Source: Methanomicrobiales archaeon
GTDB lineage: Archaea > Halobacteriota > Methanomicrobia > Methanomicrobiales > Methanospirillaceae
Assembly (NCBI GenBank): GCA_037137755.1
Contig: JBAXJR010000008.1
Span: forward strand, 1-64,000
DNA: 64,000 nt
Reading direction: 5' to 3'
The translations under genes were made by a program, and so were the position numbers. The notes beneath the pieces were generated by a model, which was given only the letters and a program-made list of their open reading frames with translations, had not been told where the DNA came from and made no database searches. This document shows positions 39,636-49,550 of this stretch, piece after piece; position 1 is the first letter of the stretch; each line of letters opens with the position of its first letter.

Positions 39636-40517
39636 TTAATCTCCTTCCGGTTTTGTTGCCTTTTTTTCCTTAATAAAGGTCCCATTGCGATATTCGAGAA
39701 ATGCCTGCCGGAGCTCTTCCTGCGTATTCATTACAATCGGACCGCCCCAGGCAACAGGCTCCCGGAGGGGCTTCCCGGTGAAAAGCAGGAATCTGAATGG
39801 TCCTTTATGACAAACAGCTTCCACCTGGTCACCATCACCGAAGAGAATGAGATCACGGTTTTCTACGGGAGTCCCGGGAAAACCCCCGAAAATACCTGCC
39901 CCGCCGATCACGTAGGCTGCCACGGTATCTCCATATCGTACCGGGCAGGCGAACTCAGCCCCGTTTTCCATGCTGATATCAAAATAGGAAGGGGACGTGA
40001 TGATATCCTGCACGGGTCCTTTCACCCCATCAAGTTCACCGCAGATGACCTTTACTGACACCCCGGGTGAAGGGGTTGCTGTTGGGACCTTTCGGTCTTT
40101 GACCTCCTGGTAACGGGGCCCCATCATTTTATGGGACTTTGGAAGGTTTACCCAGAGCTGGAATCCCCCCATCCGACCATATACCGGCTTTGGCATTTCC
40201 TGGTGAATAATCCCCGACCCGGCAGTCATCCATTGGATATCCCCGGCCCCTACAACCCCTGAATTCCCCATGCTATCACCATGTTCAACTTTTCCCTCGA
40301 GCATATAGGTAACGGTCTCGATACCACGGTGCGGATGCCAGGGGAACCCCAAAAGATAATCGTCAGGATCGTCGCCGGCACGGAAATCATCAAGCATCAG
40401 GAACGGGTCAAAACGTGGGACTTCCCCATAACCGAATGCACGGTGAAGATGTACGCCCGCCCCTTCAATAGTTGCATATGCCCGCAATACCTGTTCCACA
40501 TGCCTCACCTGTACCAT
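39636..40517 (-). CDS. Pirin family protein
   Basis: DPFLMLD, FPWHPHRGIETVTY, WMTAGSGIIHQE and GPIVMNT. Confidence 0.93.
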   Translation of the reverse strand: MVQVRHVEQVLRAYATIEGAGVHLHRAFGYGEVPRFDPFLMLDDFRAGDDPDDYLLGFPWHPHRGIETVTYMLEGKVEHGDSMGNSGVVGAGDIQWMTAGSGIIHQEMPKPVYGRMGGFQLWVNLPKSHKMMGPRYQEVKDRKVPTATPSPGVSVKVICGELDGVKGPVQDIITSPSYFDISMENGAEFACPVRYGDTVAAYVIGGAGIFGGFPGTPVENRDLILFGDGDQVEAVCHKGPFRFLLFTGKPLREPVAWGGPIVMNTQEELRQAFLEYRNGTFIKEKKATKPEGD

Positions 40518-40620
40518 ACAGGACAAGGGGATTATTATCCCATGAATTTATGTATTGGGAGAACCGCTGTGGTTTTACCTGAAGGATAATCAGAAAAATG
40601 TCCATGATTCCGGGACCTGT

Positions 40621-41688
40621 TTATTCCCCTCTCCCGTAATGCATCGTGAAAAGCGCAATGTATTCATCGGCATAACAGGTTGAATCGCACCGAATAGTAA
40701 ATTCAGGGCCGAGTTGTGAATTAAAGAGGTCATTCCACTGGGATCTCAGCATATGGTAATCCGTGCGTACCCCTCTCTTCCGGGTCATAATAGAGACCAG
40801 TTCCGTCATCAGAAACGAGTCTACGCAGTCAGTAACCACGTCAACAGGAGCGTCATGGGCATAGACAAAGTCAATGATTCTCCCGTAGGACTGGTACACT
40901 GACAACGCAAGTTCCGGTGAAAACAGTTCAGGAATATCGTTGTTTGCGTCGAGTTCAAAGAGCAGGAAATGGTCGATCCGTGGTTTTAACTGGGAAATAT
41001 TGGCTTTTTTATCTTCAGCCGGCATGTGGTGATAGGCCAGCGAGCTGAGTGCAATATCATAACGGTGGTCTATACGACATGAAAAGTCCTGGATCCTGCA
41101 GTTTTCGGTCCTGATAACGGTGTCGGGAAAGGCATCAGTAACAGTTTTTGTTGCAAGGTCTACCATGGCTTCTGAAGGGTCAATCAACAATACTTCCCGT
41201 AATTCGTCTATCCTTCCGCTATCCATCAGGTGGGAGAGAAGCCTGACCGTCAGTGAACCATCCCCGCACCCGATATCCATGAATGAGACGGGTGCCGTAA
41301 ACCTGGGCAGCGTGTGGCCAGCCTGCCGGATAAAGTTCGCACGTGCCTTCATCATGACAGGGACATTTGCAAAGTGAATAAACGGCAGGGGGTCTTCAAA
41401 TGCCAGGGCAGGCATGATAAGCTGGCCATTGTGTCGTTCCAGGAACCCCAGGAGAAACGTGGAGGAAAACAACCCGTCCTCTTCATTCAATGCCCCTTCC
41501 CGAAGCCATTCAACGGCCTGAATAGTATTGCCCATGGCTGCAAGAAAGGTACCGATATAAAAATTAAAGGCGGATTCGAGGTTTTCCCGGATAGTCCCCT
41601 CGAAAGAACCCGGGGGGATATTCTCTTTCAAAATGTCGCTGGCATATGCAGCCCATTGTTTTTTTTCGTTTTCTGATAGAAACAGCAT
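40621..41688 (-). CDS. Class I SAM-dependent methyltransferase with a helical N-terminal extension
   Basis: MDIGCGDG, IDPSEAM and SSLAYHH. Confidence 0.8.
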   Translation of the reverse strand: MLFLSENEKKQWAAYASDILKENIPPGSFEGTIRENLESAFNFYIGTFLAAMGNTIQAVEWLREGALNEEDGLFSSTFLLGFLERHNGQLIMPALAFEDPLPFIHFANVPVMMKARANFIRQAGHTLPRFTAPVSFMDIGCGDGSLTVRLLSHLMDSGRIDELREVLLIDPSEAMVDLATKTVTDAFPDTVIRTENCRIQDFSCRIDHRYDIALSSLAYHHMPAEDKKANISQLKPRIDHFLLFELDANNDIPELFSPELALSVYQSYGRIIDFVYAHDAPVDVVTDCVDSFLMTELVSIMTRKRGVRTDYHMLRSQWNDLFNSQLGPEFTIRCDSTCYADEYIALFTMHYGRGE

Positions 41689-41870
41689 AGTTTACACTTG
41701 TCCCACGAGATATAGCCCATGTCGCCTGGTATTTTAAACTGCTTTGTCAGGATTCATAAGGATTTGGAAGTGTCACCAGAATTCCGCTCAAACCCGAGAC
41801 CCTGGGTAATAAAACCGTACCATTTTAAAATACAGGCCGAGAAATAATACAACGAATTCAGGTAACCGGC

Positions 41871-42797
41871 GTGAAAATACTAATTCTCGGGGCAGGGGCA
41901 GTGGGTCTTGGAATCGCTGCAAAACTATCGGACGTGGTTGATGTCACCGCAATAACCAGGGAAGGCCCCGCGAGGACTATTTCAGAACATGGCCTGTCAC
42001 TGGAGGGAGCACTGGGTACCGGGACATTCCGGTTTCCCTGCTGCAGCAGCCTGCCATCCGGGGAGCATTTTGACTATATCCTGATCGCTACGAAGGCCTA
42101 TAGTACAAAGGAGTTGTGCGAGTGTTACGACGGGTTGCTCCGGGACACTGAGGTGGTCAGCCTGCAGAACGGACTCGGGTCTGAGGAAATAATTTCCGGT
42201 TTCACGAACCGCGTGATTGGTGGTGTCGTGATGACGGGGTTCATACGCACGGGTGAACACGGAGTGCATGTGACGGCCAACGCTGGTGAGACCCTGTTTG
42301 GAAGATTTCCGGATGGGACAGACAGCTCAGTTGCAACACTTGCAGAGATTTTTTCAAAGGCAGGGATCCCGGCGAGGAGTGTCGGGAATATTAAAAGCCG
42401 CCTGTGGTCAAAGAACCTTATCAGCTGCACATTAAACCCGATTAGTGCGGTGCTCGGGGTCAGGTATGGTAAGCTTACCGTAGATCCAGGCTGGCAGATC
42501 ATATCAGGGATTACGCGTGAAGTGTTCCAGGTTGCGGGAGCTGAAGGCGTGACCCTCCAGTGGGGAAGCCCGGAGGAGTACCTGGCGTACTTAAAAAATG
42601 ACCTTATCCCCGTAATGGCCACGCATACGTCATCGATGCTGCAGGATATCTCATGCGGGAGAAGGACAGAGGTCGGTTTCATAAACGGGGCCATCACCAT
42701 GTTTGGGAAAAAACACGGGATTTCAACCCCTTACAATGAATGCCTGACAAACATGGTGCAATTCCGGGAGCTGGAGCATAAGGATATCCTGGTTTGA
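41871..42797 (+). CDS. panE: Ketopantoate reductase family protein
   Basis: GAGAVG, TKAY, SLQNGLG, SSMLQD, RRTE and INGAI. Confidence 0.88.
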   Translation: MKILILGAGAVGLGIAAKLSDVVDVTAITREGPARTISEHGLSLEGALGTGTFRFPCCSSLPSGEHFDYILIATKAYSTKELCECYDGLLRDTEVVSLQNGLGSEEIISGFTNRVIGGVVMTGFIRTGEHGVHVTANAGETLFGRFPDGTDSSVATLAEIFSKAGIPARSVGNIKSRLWSKNLISCTLNPISAVLGVRYGKLTVDPGWQIISGITREVFQVAGAEGVTLQWGSPEEYLAYLKNDLIPVMATHTSSMLQDISCGRRTEVGFINGAITMFGKKHGISTPYNECLTNMVQFRELEHKDILV

Positions 42798-42876
42798 ATT
42801 GCCATCTTTTACAGGAAAAAAAGGATACGCCATTTCCATGAAAGGTCATGCGAACATTTTAGCAGTCATTCCGTTT

Positions 42877-43908
42877 TTAAAATTTTAACACGGTAGCCGC
42901 CCATGTAAATCCTATAGCACTCCCGGCGAGGACCACGAGATTCCCCGGCCTCACCCACATCTCTTCCCGTGCCCTGGCAAGCGAAAAGAGGGTATCGACC
43001 GACCCCATGTGCCCATATTCCTTCATGGTAATCATAGTCCTGGAAAGGTCAAGACCGAGGCCTGCCATGATATTCCGGGTCAGGCTCTTTTTTACCTGGT
43101 TCATGAAAAGGTAATCAATATCCCCGGAAGAGTACCCGCTTTTCCGCAGGGCTTCGTTGATGATATACAGGTAATTTTTCAGGTAAATATGTGAAAAGAT
43201 CTGGTCAAGACCTTCCGGGTCATCCACGCATAAACAATAGTCCTTCTCATCATGCGGGTTTTTCGTCGGAGGACTCCTGGTCCCACCATGGGGGATTTTA
43301 ACATGATCAACAAGCGAACCATCGGTGACACTGGCATACGCAAGGAGCCGGTTGCACCCATTGTTTTTTTCGAGCACCGCTGCCGCTGCACCATCCGCAA
43401 ATGAGAAACCTGAAAGCGAACCGGGATTCTTGTAATTAATGTTCATGGAGAGCTTTTCGCTGCATACAACAAGTGCGTACTCTTTCTCAGGATCACCAAG
43501 GAGCAACTCTTTACAGGTATGCAAACCGAGGTTTCCACCATTGCAGCCGTTCCTGATCTCAAAAGAATACGCTTTTTTTGCCCCGATTTTATCCTGTATT
43601 TTCGCAGCAGGCGACCAGAACCGGTAATCATAGTAACCAAGACCGCAATATACCAGGATATCGAGCTCCCCTGGATCGATCCCGGCATCATCGATTGCAT
43701 TATTGGCAGCCCGCACCCCCATATCCGCCGGATGAAGATCAGGCCCCGCGATATGTTTCCTCTCTATCCCGATCTTCTCCAGGAATACAGGTTCCGGGAT
43801 CCCGGACCGGTGGGCCATTTCATGGCTCGTAAGGATACCATCGGGTATGTAATATCCCATTCCCGAAATGCCGACACTATCACCATGGGACATACCTGGT
43901 ACAGACAC
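42877..43908 (-). CDS. FabH/KAS III-like condensing enzyme
   Basis: GIERKHIA, catalytic NGCNGG, FADGAAAAVL, YGHMGSVD and GFTWAA. Confidence 0.85.
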   Translation of the reverse strand: MSVPGMSHGDSVGISGMGYYIPDGILTSHEMAHRSGIPEPVFLEKIGIERKHIAGPDLHPADMGVRAANNAIDDAGIDPGELDILVYCGLGYYDYRFWSPAAKIQDKIGAKKAYSFEIRNGCNGGNLGLHTCKELLLGDPEKEYALVVCSEKLSMNINYKNPGSLSGFSFADGAAAAVLEKNNGCNRLLAYASVTDGSLVDHVKIPHGGTRSPPTKNPHDEKDYCLCVDDPEGLDQIFSHIYLKNYLYIINEALRKSGYSSGDIDYLFMNQVKKSLTRNIMAGLGLDLSRTMITMKEYGHMGSVDTLFSLARAREEMWVRPGNLVVLAGSAIGFTWAATVLKF

Positions 43909-44125
43909 GTATAACCAATTCCTGCAAACACATTATTTTCCGGTGTTAATTATGAGTATTTCCGGGATGCTTCATAATACAACGGGTCCACTACGTTTTC
44001 CGGACTTTGGTATTTGAATGAACCAGGGTCCTGCTTGTTTCATGCAGGATTTAATACATCCGGATATTCCTGTGAATCGATCTTCAGATCGCCGAATTTT
44101 TATCATGAACAGTTCAGATGTGTTC

Positions 44126-45505
44126 ATGGAAATCAATATCCTCCAGAGTCTGATCACGCTCTTCCAGATGATCTGCGTGATCATCGTTTTTGCATACCTT
44201 TTCACCCGGAGCAGGTATTTTCTTGAAGTCCTCGAACACCATCCACATCTCTCAACCCAGCTCCTCCTTATTGTTGTATTCGGGGCCCTGTCGGTGTACG
44301 GGACCATCAGCGGGGTTGTCTTATACGGTGCAGTGCTCAATGTCCGTGACCTGGGACCCATTATTGCAGGGCTTACCTGTGGACCCGTTGTAGGGGTTGG
44401 AGCAGGGCTTATCGGGGGTATATACCGGATGGCGCAGGGCGGGCCCTACATGTATACGGGATTCGTTGCCCCGGTCCTTGCAGGATTTCTCAGCGGGATA
44501 GTCTATGTCGTGAATAAAAAGGAGCTGATTTCCAGCAAATATGCCGTTATTTTTACTATCCTCGTTGAATCGTTAATATCCCTTATTGCGATCGTTGTCG
44601 CTACCCCGGCATCACAGGTCGTAATGATCATCACCGTCGTGGCAATCCCGATGATCGCCATTAATGCGGTCGGAGTGTTCATTTTCACGACCATCATCCA
44701 CAACCTGCTGAACGAGCGGAAGACCCGGCGCGAGAAGGAAAAACTTGAACACGAAATTGCAAGAAAGAACGCTGAACTTGAAATTGCAGCCGACATACAG
44801 CGCAGTTTTCTGCCAGAAACAATTCCCCAGATAAAAGGGTATGATATTGCTGCGACCAGTCTTCCTGCAAAAGAGGTGGGAGGGGACTTTTTTGATGTGG
44901 TCCCCCTTGAAGTGATCCCGCTTTCCGAAAGCCGTATGGGCATACTTATTGCGGATGTTTCCGGGAAAGGGGTCCCTGCTGCCCTGTTCATGGCACTTTC
45001 CAGGGTTATTGTGAGGGTATCATCTACCTGGTTTAAAATTCCTTCAGAAATAATTGCCCATGCCAATGTAATTATTTCAGCTGATTCCAAGACAGGGATG
45101 TTTGTCACCTTATTTTACGGGGTCCTCGATGAAAAAGAGAGGAAACTGACTTATGTAAATGCCGGTCACAACCCCCCGATCATTTTCCGGGGCAGCAGCG
45201 GAAAGACAGAGGAACTCGAAGCGACAGGTGTCGCGATCGGGATCATGGATGATGCGGAGTATTCACAGGCAGAAGTAGGACTGGAGTCGGGAGATATTAT
45301 CCTTCTTTACACGGACGGGGTAACAGAGGCAATCAACGAGAAGGAGGAGATGTTTGAAGTTGAACGCCTGATGGATACGATCAAAGGTGTATCTTCAGGT
45401 CCGGCAAGTGAGATTATGGAGAATATTATCAGGGCAGTCTTTGCATTCAGCGGGAAGGCACCCCAGTATGACGATATTACCCTGATGGTTGTGAAAGTGC
45501 TTTGA
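44126..45505 (+). CDS. 5TM-5TMR_LYT membrane sensor fused to a SpoIIE/PP2C phosphatase
   Basis: NVRDLGPIIAGL..GP..G LYT motif; VGGDFFD, ADVSGKGVPAA, NAGHNPP, YTDGVTE and DDIT. Confidence 0.9.
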   Translation: MEINILQSLITLFQMICVIIVFAYLFTRSRYFLEVLEHHPHLSTQLLLIVVFGALSVYGTISGVVLYGAVLNVRDLGPIIAGLTCGPVVGVGAGLIGGIYRMAQGGPYMYTGFVAPVLAGFLSGIVYVVNKKELISSKYAVIFTILVESLISLIAIVVATPASQVVMIITVVAIPMIAINAVGVFIFTTIIHNLLNERKTRREKEKLEHEIARKNAELEIAADIQRSFLPETIPQIKGYDIAATSLPAKEVGGDFFDVVPLEVIPLSESRMGILIADVSGKGVPAALFMALSRVIVRVSSTWFKIPSEIIAHANVIISADSKTGMFVTLFYGVLDEKERKLTYVNAGHNPPIIFRGSSGKTEELEATGVAIGIMDDAEYSQAEVGLESGDIILLYTDGVTEAINEKEEMFEVERLMDTIKGVSSGPASEIMENIIRAVFAFSGKAPQYDDITLMVVKVL

Positions 45506-45545
45506 AGGCCTGGTGAGTGCCATTTCAGGCGATTACTAATTTTTT

Positions 45546-45800
45546 GGCTTTACGGATACCCTGGTAAAACCCATCTTAACGGATGTGGGGCGTCCTGAAA
45601 TTTACTCACGCTCCCGTTGCTCTGCGCCAACTCTATGGTGGTCCCGGTCGGGATAGGGACATTCAACCCATATATTCAGAAACCGTTCAGGGGAACCTTA
45701 GCCCATAGAATATCTTACGGTGGCTGGGTAGTGAGGGGGTTTCACCCCCTGAATAAGCAACACCGCTTTTTATACTATAATGCAGGATATCAGCAGAGCC
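45546..45800. mobile_element. Degenerate MITE-like repeat, copy B
   Basis: Imperfect TIRs GGCTTTACGGATACCCTG / CAGGATATCAGCAGAGCC (14/18 match); ATTTTTT on both flanks; internal hairpin AGGGGG-TTTCA-CCCCCT; collinear with 15609-15896. Confidence 0.6.
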
Positions 45801-45952
45801 ATTTTTTCGTCACATATTGGGAAAACGGGTCCGGTCCCTTTGAATGTATTCCTAAATCCCCTTTCCCATGTCCAGGCGGCATTCGCAATTGTTCCACGAT
45901 TCAGACTGGCAGCTTTTTCACAGACCCTTTTTATCGATGAACCTCAGGACTG

Positions 45953-46795
45953 CTACCCGGCGAGTTCCCTGACTTTCGCGATATTTCCCGCATCATCCCG
46001 CCGGGCATCAACCGGGGTCTCGCACACAAGGGGAAGACGGGAAAACGGTTCGTGCCGGAGTATCCTCTGGAACCCGTCTTCCCCGATGCTTCCCATCCCT
46101 ATATGCTCGTGCCGGTCAAGGCCGCTTCCCAGCTCTCCCTTCGAGTCGTTACAGTGGATTACCCGGATTTCCCCGAGCCCGATTATCTCGTCAAACCTCG
46201 CCGTTGTCTCTTCAATCGCATCATCGGTCCGGAGGTCATAGCCCGCACCGAAGGCGTGGCAGGTGTCAAAGCAGACCCCGGTACGGCGCCGGTCCACAAC
46301 ACCATCCAGGACGGCACTGATGTCTTCGAAGGTATTACCCACCCCGTTCTTTTCACCTGCCGTATTCTCAAGGAGCAGCATCACGTCATTGGGAGTTTCA
46401 CCAAGAGCCTGGTTAATTGCCCTCATGACATTCTTCCTGCCTTCCCCTATTGTCATTCCAGGGTGATGACCAAGGTGGGTGACGAGGTACGGGATCCCGA
46501 GCTGTCCGCAACGACTGAGTTCTGAGGTAAGTGTTGCAATGGATTTTTCGTAGTGTTCCGGGTTTGGCCCGGCAAGGTTCGGGAGATAGGGCATGTGATC
46601 AACCGGGGGAAAAATTGAGGCCTTCTTCAGGGCTCCCCTGAACGCCTGTACATCTTCTTCTGCGAGGTCTTTCCAGGCCCATCCCCGTGGGTTCCTTGAA
46701 AAAATCTGGAATGTATCGCAGGAGACCAGCCCAGCCCGCTCTACCGCTTTTGCAATCGATCCTGCGATTGATACGTGTACGCCTACCTTCACCAT
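45953..46795 (-). CDS. nfo: Endonuclease IV
   Basis: GVHVSIAG, HMPYLPNL, LLENTAG, CFDTCH, HCNDSK, DRHEHIG and ETP. Confidence 0.95.
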   Translation of the reverse strand: MVKVGVHVSIAGSIAKAVERAGLVSCDTFQIFSRNPRGWAWKDLAEEDVQAFRGALKKASIFPPVDHMPYLPNLAGPNPEHYEKSIATLTSELSRCGQLGIPYLVTHLGHHPGMTIGEGRKNVMRAINQALGETPNDVMLLLENTAGEKNGVGNTFEDISAVLDGVVDRRRTGVCFDTCHAFGAGYDLRTDDAIEETTARFDEIIGLGEIRVIHCNDSKGELGSGLDRHEHIGMGSIGEDGFQRILRHEPFSRLPLVCETPVDARRDDAGNIAKVRELAG

Positions 46796-46846
46796 GTTGT
46801 GACTCTCCTCGATGTTTTAAATTATATTCTTGCCGGTTTTTGGTAT

Positions 46847-47356
46847 CTACTCTGCATTCCATGCCCCAAATAGTCCTGGAAGGCTCTTTGCCCACACCTT
46901 GATCAGGTCCCAGTCCCGGAAATCTCCGGTGGGGGCTTTCATAAGGGAAATCATGGTTTTCGTCATAAACGAGTGTTGTGCGGGGTCCAGTTTCCCGGCA
47001 AACACCTTCATCGCCACCAGGTTAACCGGTACGGCGATTCCTTTGAGCTGTTCCACGAGAGCTGAAGAGGACCCGATCTTCGGGTTCACCGGCGCTAATC
47101 CTACCGCAAATGCGGCTACGGGAATATTTTTCAACCCGTTTTTATTCCGTTCGACAAATTTCCGGAGTTCCTCGTCAATATGACCTGTATATACCGGGGC
47201 CCCCATAACTGCTGCATCATAACCTTCAAGCGAAGAGATCTCCTTTAATGGGGAAACCCTGACCTGGTGTCCTTCCCCTTCCAGTTCTTTCCCGATAGCC
47301 AGCGCAATTTCCCCTGTTGAACCCTTCCTTGTCGCATAGGCAACCAGTATCTGCAT
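46847..47356 (-). CDS. Flavodoxin-domain protein (HemG-like)
   Basis: YATRKGSTGEIA, GAPVY, FAGKLD and GDFRDW. Confidence 0.85.
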   Translation of the reverse strand: MQILVAYATRKGSTGEIALAIGKELEGEGHQVRVSPLKEISSLEGYDAAVMGAPVYTGHIDEELRKFVERNKNGLKNIPVAAFAVGLAPVNPKIGSSSALVEQLKGIAVPVNLVAMKVFAGKLDPAQHSFMTKTMISLMKAPTGDFRDWDLIKVWAKSLPGLFGAWNAE

Positions 47357-47440
47357 AGACAATGTGGTACTCCCGTGGAAAATTAAAAGGTGTCCTTGTT
47401 AGAAAAAAACGGATTGTGGGAACCACTTCCCATTTGGGAT

Positions 47441-48445
47441 TTAGTAGTTCCCGCCACCCATCCCGAGCGTCTTCAGCACCGTTGCGGTCCCGGAGGACTC
47501 TGTTGGAGTGGCCGGGGAACTGGTGTCGCCAAAACCACCGATAATGTTCACAACACTCTGGCCTGACGGAACGATAATCTTCGTATTCCTTTCAAGACAG
47601 GCCTGGGTCACTTCCAGTTGCTTTAATTTCTGTGCATTTTCTATGAAATATTTATTCGCAGCCTCGTTTACGAGCCGGATTGACTCTGCTTTACCTTCCG
47701 CTTCCAGGATTGTCGCCTGCCTGATACCTTCAGCCTGCTTGATAGCGGCACGCCGCTGGCCATCGGCATTGGTCTCAGTTGCTGTTGCAAAATCAATTGC
47801 GGCAACTTTCTCATTGAGTGCTTTTACCACCTTGTTCATGGTTTCCTGCACGTCGGCTGGCGGCTGGATCTCCTTTAATTCTGCACGGACAATGTCGATA
47901 CCCCACAATGCCGTCTCTTTTTTAAGCGCTTCTGCGAGGTTATTATTGATGGTGTTTCGTTCACTGTTGGCAGTTTTTAAGGTCATGCCACCGATGATGT
48001 TACGGAGCGTTGTACGTGCGAGCGATACTATCTGGTACTCGTAGTTGAACACGTAATACTGGGACGCCTTCACATGCACCTCGTCTTCCTTTACTTTAAA
48101 GTAAATCTGTGCATCAACGAATGCGTTCAGGTTATCGCTGGTGATGATCTCCTGCCGGTCAACATTAACGAGCTTTTCTGTGATGTTCACCGAATACAAT
48201 TTCTGGATACCAGGGATAATCCAGTACAGGCCAGGCCCGCCATACCGCTGGTACTTACCAAGGAACTCGATAAGGACCCGGTGGGTCGGCCGCACGATCC
48301 TTACGCCGATAAGGATATATCCAACGATCAATCCCAGAACTACTGCCCATAACCACGAAGTTGTTGTGAGATATACAAGAATTGCCACTACAATTGCACC
48401 GGTTATAGCCATTGCGCTGTTACCGGTCAGAGTTTCATTTGCCAT
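47441..48445 (-). CDS. SPFH/Band 7 (stomatin-like) membrane protein
   Basis: N-terminal TMs; IITSDN, TTLRNIIG, WGIDI and AEG repeats. Confidence 0.92.
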   Translation of the reverse strand: MANETLTGNSAMAITGAIVVAILVYLTTTSWLWAVVLGLIVGYILIGVRIVRPTHRVLIEFLGKYQRYGGPGLYWIIPGIQKLYSVNITEKLVNVDRQEIITSDNLNAFVDAQIYFKVKEDEVHVKASQYYVFNYEYQIVSLARTTLRNIIGGMTLKTANSERNTINNNLAEALKKETALWGIDIVRAELKEIQPPADVQETMNKVVKALNEKVAAIDFATATETNADGQRRAAIKQAEGIRQATILEAEGKAESIRLVNEAANKYFIENAQKLKQLEVTQACLERNTKIIVPSGQSVVNIIGGFGDTSSPATPTESSGTATVLKTLGMGGGNY

Positions 48446-48649
48446 GATTATCAGACGAACTATCTGACATCATACTATACTAACTTCCCTGCCACCCGGT
48501 CAGGCATGTCCCGGGCAATAGGGTGTACTCATCTTTTTCATGGACGAAATTTCATTCCCGGTCGCAGGATCAGGTATCATGAACACTGGCCGGATTATTT
48601 CTTCAAAGAAGATATTATACATTAAGGAACAGACAAAAAAGGAGATAAT

Positions 48650-49249
48650 ATGAGACAATTGACAGGCAAAATGAGCGGGTATACCGCATGTATCGTACTT
48701 GCCCTCCTCCTGGTAGCAACGATACCGGTATCCGCTGCAGAGAATGGTACACCCGTGATGATGTCCAACCAGAATATGGAGGCCATCAAGGCCTATAACA
48801 ACGGTTCCGATCTTGCTTCGCAGGGAAAATTCCAGGATGCCCTTGTTGAAACTGAAAACGCACTGGCGATACAGCCGAATTTTACCCTGGCTCTGACACA
48901 AAAAGCAGGAATACTCAATGTCATGGGAAAATACCAGGACGCCCTTGATGCAACCAATTCTGCGATTGCAGGAAACCCCGCAATCAGTGAGGCGTGGGCC
49001 AACCGGGCAGACGCCCAGGTCCACCTTGGGAAGTACAAGGACGCGATAGATTCTGCGGACCGTGCACTTGCGATTGACCCCACCCTCGAAGGGGCGAAGA
49101 CCACCAGGCTGGTGGCGACAAAAATGCTCGAGAACAGCGCAACAGCAACACCTGTACCAACAACAAAAGCTCCTGCATCCCTGGTACCGGTGATTGGTGC
49201 TCTTGCCGTTGCCGGTTGTGTTGCAGGTTATCGGAAATTCAGAAATTAA
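48650..49249 (+). CDS. Secreted TPR protein with a C-terminal membrane anchor
   Basis: Signal peptide, three TPRs (G.FQDAL..ALAIQP and similar), Thr-rich linker, TKAP-TM-basic tail. Confidence 0.82.
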   Translation: MRQLTGKMSGYTACIVLALLLVATIPVSAAENGTPVMMSNQNMEAIKAYNNGSDLASQGKFQDALVETENALAIQPNFTLALTQKAGILNVMGKYQDALDATNSAIAGNPAISEAWANRADAQVHLGKYKDAIDSADRALAIDPTLEGAKTTRLVATKMLENSATATPVPTTKAPASLVPVIGALAVAGCVAGYRKFRN

Positions 49250-49264
49250 ACCTGAATTAAACTC

Positions 49265-49302
49265 TTTTTTTTAAAAAAAAAGATAATCGATATCCGGATA
49301 TC
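49265..49302. terminator. Bidirectional T8-A9 terminator plus a 14-bp palindrome
   Basis: T8A9 between convergent genes, followed by the perfect palindrome GATATCCGGATATC (49289-49302). Confidence 0.5.
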
Positions 49303-49314
49303 CCGGACACAGGT

Positions 49315-49542
49315 TTACAATAGCTTGATCTTTTTTACCAGGTCTTCCGCTTTATCCTTCCCTATCAGCAACCCGGCCGAAATCCCGACCCATTTCGCGA
49401 GCTCGTCGATATGCTGCTTCTCCAGGTTGTCAAACTGGAGACTATTAAGGTGTGCCTGTGTCTGCCGCTCCAGAAATTTCTTTGAGGCCGGTCCGAGGTA
49501 CACAGTTGTTTCTTTTAATACGTTTTCTGACAGCTGGCTCAT
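49315..49542 (-). CDS. Small helical hypothetical protein co-transcribed with the HAMP sensor
   Basis: 75 aa; YLGPA..FLERQ...HL pattern; starts 8 bp after the upstream stop. Confidence 0.7.
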   Translation of the reverse strand: MSQLSENVLKETTVYLGPASKKFLERQTQAHLNSLQFDNLEKQHIDELAKWVGISAGLLIGKDKAEDLVKKIKLL

Positions 49543-49550
49543 ACCAACCC

